NCBI GenBank assembly: GCA_002269645.1 | Contig: NIVC01005047.1 | Location: 1-27,829, forward strand | DNA from: Macrostomum lignano | Taxonomy: Eukaryota | DNA length: 27,829 bases | Direction: 5' to 3' | In this document: positions 1-11,204 of the stretch, piece by piece | Position numbering within the stretch: position 1 is the first letter of the stretch | Layout: every line of letters starts with the position of its first letter | Program-made: the position numbers and the translations under genes | The notes under the pieces: model-generated | The model's input: only the letters and a program-made list of their open reading frames with translations | What the model was told of the DNA's origin: nothing | Databases searched by the model: none

Positions 1-324
1 CAGAAATTCCTTGGAAGTTGACTGCGCCATTTCGCTAGCCCAGTTGCTACAGGGGCAAAGCAGAAAGCCTGGAACTCCTGCAGCTGGTTCGGTGAGTGCA
101 GTTGGTGTCCAAAGTAAGTTGAATGAGGCATGCGATAGGTGGCACTGCCAGCGCCTGCCTGCCCCAGTTTCTTGCGGCAGTTTTATTGAATAACCTAACA
201 GCAAGTTGAGAATTTATTATTGAACTCGAATGACATTCATTTTATGGGCCGTTTTCTGGCGAAATACTTGCAAATTATCAACCGTATGGTTTTCGGATAC
301 GGGTAACTGCAGCGGTTAACAGCT

Positions 325-930
325 TTCACCGTGATAGAGTGGTGTTCACCGTGACTAGAACAGTGTTCACAGTGACTATAGCGCTATTCACCGTGACTAG
401 AACAGTATTCACGTGACTATAGCGCTATTCACCGTGACTAGAACAGTGTTCACAGTGACTATAGCGCTATTCACCGTGACTAGAACAGTATTCACCGTGA
501 CTATAGCGCTATTCACCGTGACTAGAACAGTATTTACTGTGACTATAGCGTATTCACCGTGACTAGAACAGTATTTACTGTGACTAGAACAGTATTTACT
601 GTGACTAGAACAGTATTTACGCGTGACTAGAACAGTATTCACCGTGACTAGAACAGTGTTCACAGTGACTATAGCGCTATTCACCGTGACTAGAACAGTA
701 TTCACCGTGACTATAGCGCTATTCACCGTGACTAGAATATTATTCACCGCGACTAGAACAGTATTCACCGTGACTAGAACAGCATTCACCGTGATAGAGT
801 GGTGTTCACCGTGACAAGAACAGTATTTACCGTGACTAGAGTAGACCGTGAATAGAATATTATTCACCGTGACTATAGCGCTATTCACCGTGACTAAAAC
901 AGTATTCACCTTGACTAAAACTACATTCAC
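325..930. repeat. Minisatellite, 21-bp units (TATTCACCGTGACTAGAACAG / TATTCACCGTGACTATAGCGC variants, often alternating), about 29 copies
   Basis: Direct periodicity in the sequence. The ORFs 409..930(-) and 623..814(+) are 7-aa repeats (TVNTVLV/TVNSAIV) produced by it. A rare variant GTGATAGAGTGGTGTTCACCGTGAC occurs at 331 and 791. Confidence 0.95.
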
Positions 931-2000
931 ATCTACAAAGTATGTTCAATTTTATCAAAATTTTCAAACGCAAGAAACAAAATATTCTCAACATGAAATT
1001 TCTTTATGAGGTAGAAATTTATTTTAGAAATCTGCAGTCGAACTGACTTCTCTGGCTCTTCTCGATCAGCCGGCTCGCATCGTCCATTTGCCATGCGGTC
1101 ACTGCACATGTAGGTTCAGGAGAGCCACTCGATCCTCCACAAGACCATATTCTAATTTTCAATATAATCTGGCATGCGATATGCTTGGAACCAACGCGAC
1201 AGTGACCGGGGGACAGACAACGGAAAGAATCCGACTGAACATGATGCAAGACAGAAAACTTGAAGCACAGATTAGCCAACACGATTAGAATGATGAAATT
1301 TTTCCTAGTGACCGAACCGAATAACAAAACGTTGCACAGGCACAGCCGCAAATAAATCTAATAACGACAAGATTCTGCGATGATGAGGTCGAATTTTTCC
1401 TGGATGAAGAATCTGTTCGGCCACGCATTTATAACTGTTGCACAGTTGTCGCTCGCTACTCAATGCCAACTTCACAAGCAAGTCATTTCGACAGGAACAA
1501 AAATTAGGCACAATATTTTTGTAGATTATTTTTGCAGATAGCAAGCTAGTCGACATTAGTCCAATTTCAGCTAAACAGAATGTTACAGCAAAAGTTATTA
1601 AACAGATTTAATTACTATTTATGCAATTTGGCCGAAACAAGCAATTTCTCAGACATGCCCAGATCAACCGCAACCATGGCAATGATCACTAGGAGTTATA
1701 TTTCTCTGGAAAATTCGATTGTAAAAATATTTCTACGAAACTAATTGTGCCTTCTCGTCCTTCTACTGTAAGTAGTCTGTGGTAAATAGATGCAATCGTT
1801 TCGTTAAAAATATTCTATCCATTGCTTTTGATTGTAATGTAAAGACAAGGGTCAGTTCGGGTTCCCAAAATGAATAACTACGAAACAAAATTTGTATGTA
1901 CGACTCGTACAGTATCAGACGTTGGGACGCTCTGGGGATACATGTATATATAAAAAAAACATGTAAGACGTTGGTACACACTGACAATAATTTCGCTCAT

Positions 2001-2284
2001 AGAGTAGAGCCTAGGTCCAGTGGCGTCACAGGACGCACAGAGTAGAGCCGGGGTCCAGTGGCGTCACAGGACGCACAGGGTATAGTAGAGCCTGGGTCCA
2101 GAGGCCTTACAGAAGACGCACAGAGTAGAGCCTGGGTCCAGAGGCCTTACAGAAGACGCACAGAGTAGAGCCTGGGTCCAGAGGCCTTACAGAAGACGCA
2201 CAGAGTAGAGCCTGGGTCCAGAGGCCTTACAGAAGACGCACAGAGTAGAGCCTGGGTCCAGAGGCCTCACAGAGGACGCACAGA
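2001..2284. repeat. Minisatellite, 40-bp unit (CAGAGTAGAGCCTGGGTCCAGAGGCCTTACAGAAGACGCA), about 7 copies; first two are 38-bp variants
   Basis: Near-identical copies at 2101, 2141, 2181 and 2221. Confidence 0.95.
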
Positions 2285-5200
2285 TCGAGCTGTAGAGCCT
2301 ATACTAGATTTACTGGGCTATAGCTATTTTGCCGTTCGATTGTTGATTTTCCGAATAAAATCTTCGCAATGAATCGATCGAGTCTTCGCAGTGAAACGGC
2401 GGCACAGAAACAGCACACAGTTTCAGAGCAAATACCAGTATCACACGACGAGGTGTCGCCGAACGAGCCAAGGTTAGGGGAGGAGGTTAGCCAGACGGCA
2501 AAATTTAACACTAAAAAGAGAAAGGAGGGAGAGAGTTGAGGATGAGTGGCCATGCAGCCAATCAGCGCGGTGCGGAGGAGAGAGAATTTAAAGGATCGAT
2601 AGGAGGGACTGACTGGCCAATCGGCCGCGGGTCGAAAACAATGGGCGAGAGAGAGAGAGAGCAAAGGGTGTCACGTTCCATGCAGCAAATCGGCTATAGC
2701 CACCTGCCAGAACCGGCAAGAACCAAGGGTCCATGAGAATTGCCAGTAGACGAATTGCCCGCCGAGCTATACTCCCGCTGAGATTTCCCCGAAGTGCATT
2801 TTGCCCGCGAGTGAATTGCCAGCGAGCGATTTGCCCGCCGAAGGAGCTGGTTTGCCCGCTATGTTTTGTCCTGTAGCGCATTTTGCCACGCGGCAGATTT
2901 TTTCTGCATTGCCCCTCCCTCAATGCTTATAGTAAGTCTTAGGAAAAATTACCAGATCAAAACTTTTCGTTTTTAACTGCATATTAAATGCCTATTCTTC
3001 TTGTGGGAATGTAGGTTTTCATTTCTATACACACGCAGTCAAAGGAATGAAAGATTTTAGCTCTCGTTTAAAATATCCGGTTAAAGCGGCTTGCGAGTGG
3101 TAGCTTTAAAAGTGGCAAGCGAGCAAAAAGCTCTTGCGTATATTTGTTTAAGCATAGTCATTTATACTTTAACGGGAGGTGTGAGTCAGATCGAACTGGC
3201 TGGCTGGGCAAAACTCCCCAGCAGCCAGGCGTGCAGGGGCCTACTGTGTACAGGCGGGTCCCGCTCACCAGTCTGGCCGCCACACAGTAGAAATAGTAGA
3301 GTCCGGTAGGAAAGAGCTAATCTTTTCCCTTCACTGTTTGAGAGTATTAAACAGCTTTAAAACAACATTTATAAAATTAAAGTTTGTAATTTAATAGACC
3401 ACACAAAATTTGATGCGGCGTTATGGCTATAAAAAAGTTGCGGGTTTTTAAAAAACAAACAGGCACCCTAATTTTGGTAAAGTTTGAAAAATAAATTCCT
3501 AGAAACGAACTATATTTTGTGTTCAAAGTCAATCAAAAACAGTCAAACATTCAAAAACGAATGGTCAGAAGTGTACTTGTTTGTATTAGGGTAGGCCTAC
3601 TGTTCAAACCATTAAAAAGTCTGTTTTGTGCATATAAGTTCAAATTCAGATTTAGAATCATTGTACCTTTTCTTTTTGATGTGTATGATATTGATAAATA
3701 ATATAATATTGTATATAATTATAAATGTTTAATGTACTGTGACAGGCCTTTCGGCTCTGTCTTTCTAAACTCATAACTATATTGATGCTAGTGTTTATTG
3801 AATATCCTACGAGCTGCCACAAAAGTTGTCGTAGGGCTTATTTCTGTCCTCCAACTATCCCACTAATTGCCACCAAGTTGTAACAGGGTTTTTTATTTCT
3901 CTCTTTTCAATTTCTACTTGTTTCTTAGAATTCCATGTAAATATTTCTGGGTAGCATTCTTAGTAGCGTTCTGGTAGCTTATCGCCTGAGCGGTCTAGTA
4001 CTGGTACATGAATTAGTAGATAGTCCTGATCGGGCATTTACTGAGATGAGACTAGAGGGTCACGACGCCTCTCGTAATAGGCCTACACTTCTGTGAATTA
4101 TTCCCCGATTCCCTTCTCTTAGCAAGTTTCTTGGTACTGCTCTCAGCTTTTGTAAATGAATAAGTTGCTATTTAACTTGAAAGACTTTGAAATGTATAGA
4201 TTGAACTGCTTATTTTGTTTGCAATATTTGCTCATAGGTAAAAGCCAGTTAGAGTTTATTTGCTGCAAAATTGCTCTTATATATACCCCTGATTTCCCGA
4301 TACATTTATAACAAAAACGCGCAACACAATTAAAATGTGCACTGCAGGCTTCTAAGTAGTGCGTACTTAACAAACATACATATAAGCTTACATGAATAGT
4401 ACGAGCTATATATACACATCACCTAGCTCTAAGAAGCAACATTTTAAGTGTCGGAAGATATGTTGGTAGAAGTTAACCATACGACACTTTTCAGACACTT
4501 TTTGCAACATTTTAAGTGTCATAAAAAGTGTCGGAAGATCTGTCTGAAAATGTGTCAGCAAAAGTTATACAGGTGATTTCTAAGAAAGGCTACAATATTA
4601 TTCGATTATACAGATATTACATGGAAAGAATATTCAAGAATACTATTATAAAGGGATATAATTAGCACTAGTACAGTACAACACTTAAGTCTGGAGAATC
4701 AAGATAGTAGACAAGTATCAATTGAATCATTCAAACTTATTTATAGGAGGTGATACCTCACTATTCCTCATTCTTGCTCTATTTTCTATGCATGTTTGTA
4801 TTTTGTACCAAAAAACTAAAGTTAAATTATAGCAGGGCCTAACACACTTTGAAACCTAATCTATGACTATAATTGTATATAATTTCACTTATAATATAGG
4901 CCTGCACAAAATAAAGTTAGTTTTTAGAAGTTTTATATATTGTGAAATCATTTTGTAAATGTAATGATTGATCTAATAGTAGGCCCTGATCTAATATAAT
5001 CATTGTAGGGGGCCTATATTGTTCTTATTTGAGTATCACTATGTATAAGTATGACTATGCCTAGGCCTATATGGCTATGCCATGATGCTCATGAATTTAT
5101 ATGGCAACTATGATGATAAAATATATTCTTCTTTACTATAGGCCTAATATATTTACTATAATGTCATAATGATAGGTGGCAGAGCAATGTTAATTTATAC

Positions 5201-6300
5201 TAGAGATAAAGTCATATTGCTCCCTTTGAAAAAAAGTAGGCCATGAAATTGGCCTTACAGTATATTGTGGCTTTTACTTGAATATAATTATAAAATTTAG
5301 CCAATTGCTTATTATTTATAGTAGGAAATCTAGCCTTGTCCTATAGTCCTAAGTGTATACCATATATGTGAGAATTTACAGCATTGCATGCTATATATAG
5401 GAGGGTCAGATCACACCTTTAGCATATATATCAATGCCTTAATAGACTTGGAGGTGGCCAAGGGAGTTGATAAAAAATTGATTGCACAAAGTAAGGAGGT
5501 TTAATAAAGTGATATTGTATAATTACAAAAAAATATTTGTTTAGTATTATATTTATCAAAATGTTTATATTAGGCTTATATTAACTTAAATCAAATTATT
5601 TCTTTGTATATAATAGTAATAAGATACTATGTGCATTTTAATATTATTATAAGATACTCACCTCAAAAAAAATATTGTCATGTTTCAATGCAACTATGTA
5701 TATATAATATAATAGCTTTGATATTTGATAATGGTATATGACAGGAGTTTAGCATCTGCTGCTATATAGTGCACATAAAAAACTTCCTAGACTCCCTAAT
5801 ATATACTATATATATGGTACTAGACTTCCTAACACTTTGTTCTGTCCTTGTTGAATGCAAGAATTTTTCTTGGACTAGTTTTGCATGTTCAAAGGACATT
5901 TAGAGGTTGCATATATCATTATAGTCTAAGTCTATAAGTGTCGCAGAAGATATTTCAGTTTGCTAGTATATAAAAACATAAAAATATTTTGCTTTGACAA
6001 TTAGCCTTAATGAGCATAGACAATAGGCAAATCATAATTTTGATTGATTTCTATAATTCAAAATAGGCATTTTAGTTGCATTTAGCCTATTCAAATCTGC
6101 AAATATCATCATTAGCCTAAAATTGATCATTTTATTTTATTTTAAAAGATTTATGAATAGCATGAATTTTTATATTTGTTATAGGTTGAAATAAATTAAT
6201 TATGTTCATAGTTGTATATTCAATTAACAGCTGCATCCAAACAAAAATTGCAGATATTTTAATGAATCATTGAATATTAAACAATCTAAAAACAAGAACA

Positions 6301-6393
6301 ATGAATTCCACAAATCGTCACAACAGTGTAGATTACAAAAAGGATGTTGCAAGGAAGCAGGCAGCCTATGCTGCTGTTGATGAACACTTGCAA
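6301..6393 (+). CDS. RPIA: Ribose-5-phosphate isomerase A, coding exon 1 (MNSTNRHNSVDYKKDVARKQAAYAAVDEHLQ)
   Basis: ATG with A at -3 and an in-frame upstream TGA at 6271. ARKQAAYAAVDEHL matches the RpiA N-terminal helix (AKxxAAxxAVxxxV pattern). Donor GTGAGT at 6394, phase 0. Confidence 0.85.
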
Positions 6394-6481
6394 GTGAGTC
6401 ACCTTTCCATTTGAAATATTTAGTTATTGTATAGTGTATACTTTAATTTGTGGCATTTTTACATTTGGAAAAATTTTTTAG

Positions 6482-6542
6482 AATTGTCAAACTATTGGCA
6501 TCGGCTCTGGCAGAACAATGGTGCATGTGATCGACAGAATCT
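6482..6542 (+). CDS. RPIA: RPIA coding exon 2 (NCQTIGIGSGRTMVHVIDRI + 1 nt)
   Basis: Acceptor TTTTTTAG ends at 6481. Contains the GIGSGxT phosphate-binding loop of RpiA. Donor GTAAGA at 6543, phase 1, 61 nt. Confidence 0.92.
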
Positions 6543-6619
6543 GTAAGAACTAATTTATATTTTATGATTAATTTGTAAAACTGACTTACAGAATGTGTTA
6601 GGGTTAATGGGCTCTTCTA

Positions 6620-6911
6620 AAGGCTGTCATTGAGGGGTGGCAGAGACTCACTGAAGGCTGTCATGGAGGGAGTGGGTGGCGGAGACTCACTGAAGGCTGT
6701 CATGGAGGGGTGGCAGAGACTCACTGAAGGCTGTCATGGAGAGGGTGGGTGGCAGACACTCGCTGAAGGCTGCCATGGAGGGGTGGGTGGCAGAGACTCA
6801 CTGAAGGCTGTCATGGAGGGGGTGGCAGAGATTCACTGAAGCCTGTCATGGAGGGGTGGGTGGCAGAGACTCACTGAAGGCTTCATGGAGGGGGGGGAGG
6901 CAGAGACTCAC
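6620..6911. repeat. G-rich minisatellite, 35/39-bp units (GGCAGAGACTCACTGAAGGCTGTCATGGAGGGGT[GGGT]), about 8 copies, in RPIA intron 2
   Basis: Direct periodicity. It explains ORF 6630..6839. Confidence 0.93.
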
Positions 6912-7615
6912 GGGAGGACTCGCACATGTTAGGAAACCCATCACCTAATCCACTTTAGCTCTCCAAATATCAGTTATTTTTCCTCAAGCCTCTCAAGTCA
7001 AGCAGCCCGTCAAAGTTGTTAAAACTGCTTTGACTGTTGAATAATAAGAGTGTGCTATGCTCACAGTGAGATCGCCGCGCGCCTTCATGCTATCGCCCCC
7101 TGTCTGTAGCCAGCTCTTCATGCCGTGTTTCCCAACTAGAGTGGCGACCGGCAGAATTTTGGAGAGGAGGGGGGTTGTTCATTGAATGCGTAGGCGATGG
7201 TAGGGGAAACAGGGGGGAGAGTTTTGGAATTGAGGAGCGTGTAGCCGTGAACTGGGCAGGACTTGATGAAGAGGAAAAAGGAGGTTGACGGTCCTTAGCG
7301 TTAGGTACTTTCTACTTTCTACAGCGCCTTCTGAAGTCGATAACGAGAGGGAAGGAAAAGATAGGGAATAGAGATGGAAATAACGACCTTACCAGAAAGT
7401 ATGGGTTGGGAAAATATTGCAATACGAGCAGTTTTAAAATTTGCGCACTGACTTTCATGTCTGCGCGCTTTTCTGCTACTTTTCGTTAATAATCTGCGCA
7501 CAACTGCAAGGCGCGCTTATAACAGAATACGCGCTTATACCACTGTGCGCGTTTATACCAGCGCGCAAATCGAATAGGGTTTATCTCGACTTCCAAGTTT
7601 CGCCGTACCATTTTA

Positions 7616-7813
7616 CGAGGGGTGTCCCAAAAGTTCCCGGAATGTCTAACGTAGCTCTTCAACGGAGCCATGATGTTTCACGCCCTTGGTGTCAAATGAA
7701 AGGAAGTTTTGTCACGAAGAAAATGAAGTTAAAAGCATGTTGATATCTGTTTTTATTCAGGAGCTGCAGCAAGAAACGTGCGCAAAGGTCAGGGGTAGTG
7801 TTACACAACCTCA
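7616..7813 (+). repeat. Left terminal inverted repeat of the mariner element (198 bp)
   Basis: Reverse complement of 8457-8654 with a single mismatch (7798 vs 8472), compared by eye. Confidence 0.95.
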
Positions 7814-7899
7814 AAAATCTATGGCAATGATTTTAAACAATAAAACACAGAACAGTTCATACCGTTGATGAATCCTTGGGACATGCACCGATTCAAAAT

Positions 7900-8261
7900 T
7901 CAAAGCGAATCGTCAAGCTCAGCCTGCGGCTTCTCCACGTAGTCCCCATTCAGCTGAATACACCTCTGCCACTTTGAAAGCATGCCGTCGATGGCCTGGG
8001 CAAAAACAGTTCGAGGCATTTCATGATGCAGGATGACGCGACGAGTGAAGCCTTCAAGTTCACTGCGGTTCTGGAACACCGGCTACGAATTTTCTGGACC
8101 GTCTCTAAAGCGTTCGATCCATTCGTAAATGGCAGTTTTTTCAGGCTTTTCTTACCATGGATGGAGAATAAGTGGTCAGAAATCTTGGCTCCACTCCATC
8201 CTACTGACCAAAGGACAAAAACTTGACTTCGCTGACTTTCGAGGCTCTGAAGAGAACCCAA
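7900..8261 (-). pseudogene. Mariner transposase remnant: N-terminal HTH fused to C-terminal tail, catalytic DDD domain deleted
   Basis: The - strand reads SQRSQVFVLWSVGWSGAKISDHLFSIHGKK, then a frameshift near 8145, then PEKTAIYEWIERFRDGPENS*PVFQNRSELEGFTRRVILHHEMPRTVFAQAIDGMLSKWQRCIQLNGDYVEKPQAELDDSL*. IYEWxxRFRDG (HTH) and WxxCIxLNGDYVEK (C-terminus) are hallmark mariner motifs. WVPHEL and YSPDLAP are absent. Confidence 0.88.
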
Positions 8262-8456
8262 TTTGGCAAAGAGATTTCAAGTTGAAAGCAAGCACTTGGT
8301 AAGAATTATCTGCACTCGCGCAAAAGCTCAGATTAGCTTAATGAGCATTTCTGCTTTTTTCCATAGACACTACCACGTCTTTCTGAGACGTTAGTAGCAC
8401 GAATTCAAAATGAAAATATCCAAAAACGAAGATGAAAAATTATTTTCAGTGATATG

Positions 8457-8654
8457 TGAGGTTGTGTAACAGTACCCCTGACCTTTGCGCACGTTTCTTG
8501 CTGCAGCTCCTGAATAAAAACAGATATCAACATGCTTTTAACTTCATTTTCTTCGTGACAAAACTTCCTTTCATTTGACACCAAGGGCGTGAAACATCAT
8601 GGCTCCGTTGAAGAGCTACGTTAGACATTCCGGGAACTTTTGGGACACCCCTCG
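8457..8654 (-). repeat. Right terminal inverted repeat of the mariner element (198 bp)
   Basis: Reverse complement of 7616-7813, 197/198 identical. Confidence 0.95.
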
Positions 8655-9225
8655 TATATTAAGTCTTGTAGAGATTTAAAAAGCCTGTGTCGACTCTCAG
8701 GCCATCTCATCGCCGCTGTTGATGCCGGACTTCAGACTTAAGCCTCTACCCAGCTTCCGAAGTGGCTTGTCCCAATTTTTCTCCCTCTCGCATAACTCGC
8801 TGAAACTTAATTCCCGAGACGAATATGGACATAGTGGGAAAGATTAGTTATATAGTAAGCACTGGGGATAGGCTGCATGGCTGAGGCACAGCCAAGCGAA
8901 GAAAGGCGGTCTGGTTTTGGGGACAGCTCCCAACTCGATCGATTGTGCTCTCCTGAGTGCACGAGAGGGAGTCAATAATGGGAGAGGATGCTGAGTGGAG
9001 CGGAAGTGACCGGTCTCATTCACCATCTCCCTGCATGGCGCTGGTCACGCAATCTTCTAGCTCCTTTTAATTAGTAAGAAAACAATGTGAAAGACCTGTT
9101 TTCTTTATGGCTTTCTTTGGTTTTTTAGGCCACTCGATTCGATTCCCAACTATGGAATTCTGAACAGCCTGCCTTTCACTTTGCTTACAGTTTGAAGCAC
9201 TCTCGTTTCTTTTGTCCTTAGTCTG

Positions 9226-9650
9226 ACTGCCATGCACATAACAGCCATGCACATAACTGCCATGCACATAACAGCCATGCACATAACTGCCATGCACATA
9301 ACTGCCATGCACATAACAGCCATGCACATAACTGCCATGCACATAACAGCCATGCACATAACTGCCATGCACATAACAGCCATGCACATAACAGCCATGC
9401 ACATAACAGCCATGCACATAACAGCCATGCACATAACTGCCATGCACATAACAGCCATGCACATAACTGCCATGCACATAACTGCCATGCACATAACTGC
9501 CATGCACATAACAGCCATGCACATAACAGCCATGCACATAACTGCCATGCACATAACTGCCATGCACATAACTGCCATGCACATAACAGCCATGCACATA
9601 ACAGCCATGCACATAACAGCCATGCACATAACTGCCATGCACATAACAGC
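9226..9650. repeat. Minisatellite, 15-bp unit AC(T/A)GCCATGCACATA, about 28 copies
   Basis: Direct periodicity. It produces the (MHITA)n, (CYVHG)n and (MAVMC)n pseudo-ORFs. Confidence 0.97.
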
Positions 9651-10497
9651 TATGCACACACCTCAGCTATGCACACACCCAGCTATGCACACATCTCAGC
9701 TATGCACACCCCCAGCTATGCACACACCTCAGCTATGCACACACTCAGCTATGCACACACTCAGCTATGCACACACCCAGCTATGCACACACCTCAGCTA
9801 TGCACACCTCAGCTATGCACACACCCATCTCAGCTATGCACACCCCCAGCTATGCACACACCCATCTCAGCTATGCACACACCCATCTCAGCTATGCACA
9901 CACCCATCTCAGCTATGCACACCCCCAGCTATGCACACACCCATCTCAGCTATGCACACCCCCAGCTATGCACATACCTCAGCTATGCACACACCCAGCT
10001 ATGCACACACCCCCAGCTATGCACACACCTCAGCTATGCACACCCCCAGCTATGCACACACCCCCAGCTATGCACACACCTCAGCTATGCACACACCCAG
10101 CTATGCACACACCTCAGCTATGCACACACCCAGCTATGCATACACCCAGCTATGCACACACCTCAGCTATGCACACGCCCATCTCAGCTATGCACACACC
10201 CATCTCAGCTATGCACACACCCAGCTATGCACACACCCATCTCAGCTATGCACACACCCAGCTATGCACACACCCAGCTATGCACACAACCCAGCCATGC
10301 ACACACCCGAGCTATGCACACACCCAAGCTATGCACACACCCAAGCTATGCACACACCCAAGCTATGCACACACCCCAGCCATGCACACACCCCAGCTAT
10401 GCACACACCCATCTCAGCTATGCACACACCCAGCTATGCACACACCCATCTCAGCTATGCACACACCCAGCTATGCACACAGCCCATCTCAGCTGTG
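9646..10497. repeat. Variable-length CA-rich minisatellite, core CAGCTATGCACAC(A/C)n, with CCCATCT-containing longer variants
   Basis: Core CAGCTATGCACAC recurs every 15-23 bp. It produces the overlapping ORFs 9232..10566, 9669..10526 and 9767..10519. Confidence 0.95.
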
Positions 10498-11204
10498 CAA
10501 GAAAAATCAGCATCCTTAGTGTTTAGTTATCTGCATTTTTATCAACGTGCTCAGGTCTACTATTAACATGTTGAAAAGCAGGCAGACAGACAGGCAGGTG
10601 ACATGCATAAGAGGGTCGACAGGCGCTCTTGAAAAGCCAGAAGCTGGGAGCACCTGCTAGATGAGGAAATGCAGCAGCCTAGCCATCTCTTCAATCATTT
10701 CTCTTCCCCCCTTCTCATCCGCTCTATCTTGCATTCCCTTCTCCCTCCGGGCCGCGACAAAATCCTCGCTTCGCACTTATCGAGCTCATTCCGATGGCAA
10801 TTCTAAACCATTCCTTCTCAGCAGAAGCTTTGGGCGGGGAAAGGGCAGCGAAACCAACTCAACTGCTGGGAGCGATAGAGGGAGAAAGTTGAGATGAGAG
10901 TGCATGACAGAGTTTGCAAGTGTTTGCAGTATGCGGCACAATCTGGCTGCTAAAGGAAACTCTTTATGCGCCTATTGAAGGCAGTAGCCAACTATTTGTA
11001 TTGCTAATTAAGCCTTGGTTTATTAACAGTTAAACGAAAGGAAGAAGTTTTAGTGATGGCTTCTATTGTAGAGTAATTTAACCTTCAATAGACTGGAATT
11101 CTAGTTACAGCTGTTTTTAGAACTATGGGGCTACCCTGATAGTTTTTTCGAAGTGTGTTAACAGTTTCTTACCTATTGGCCTTTTACCTGTTACATAGTT
11201 TTTG

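Larger units (their letters stand above)
7616..8654 (-). mobile_element. Non-autonomous (internally deleted) mariner / Tc1-mariner DNA transposon, 1039 bp
   Basis: TA at 7614-7615 and 8655-8656 flanks termini CGAGGGGTGTCCCAAAAGT...ACTTTTGGGACACCCCTCG. TIRs are 198 bp. Mariner transposase N- and C-terminal remnants lie on the - strand. Confidence 0.95.

Noticed and set aside
409-930. 173-aa Thr/Val/Asn-rich ORF resembling an antifreeze or ice-binding repeat protein
   Set aside because: It is a direct translation of the 21-bp minisatellite, is open on both strands, shifts frame at unit indels, and has no supporting gene structure.
1019-1560. Possible degenerate LINE reverse-transcriptase tail (an RRATR-like motif near 1115-1135)
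   Set aside because: The motif needs a frameshift and no further RT or endonuclease motifs could be recognised. A translated search against Dfam/Repbase would be needed.
6620-6911. G-quadruplex-forming minisatellite
   Set aside because: Units carry at most two G-runs of three or more, and runs in adjacent units are separated by more than 20 nt, so a canonical G4 is not supported.
6912-7330. Moderately GC-rich unique intronic segments (also 8660-9060 and 10570-10920) as extra exons or TE coding remnants
   Set aside because: Hand translations gave no recognisable motifs and several stops, and RPIA exons 2 and 3 already join in frame without them.
9067-10566. Long ORFs (444, 285, 250, 196, 169 aa) as His/Cys/Met-rich metal-binding proteins
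   Set aside because: They overlap in several frames on both strands, coincide with two tandem arrays, vary at the nucleotide level without codon-position bias, and lie within RPIA intron 2.
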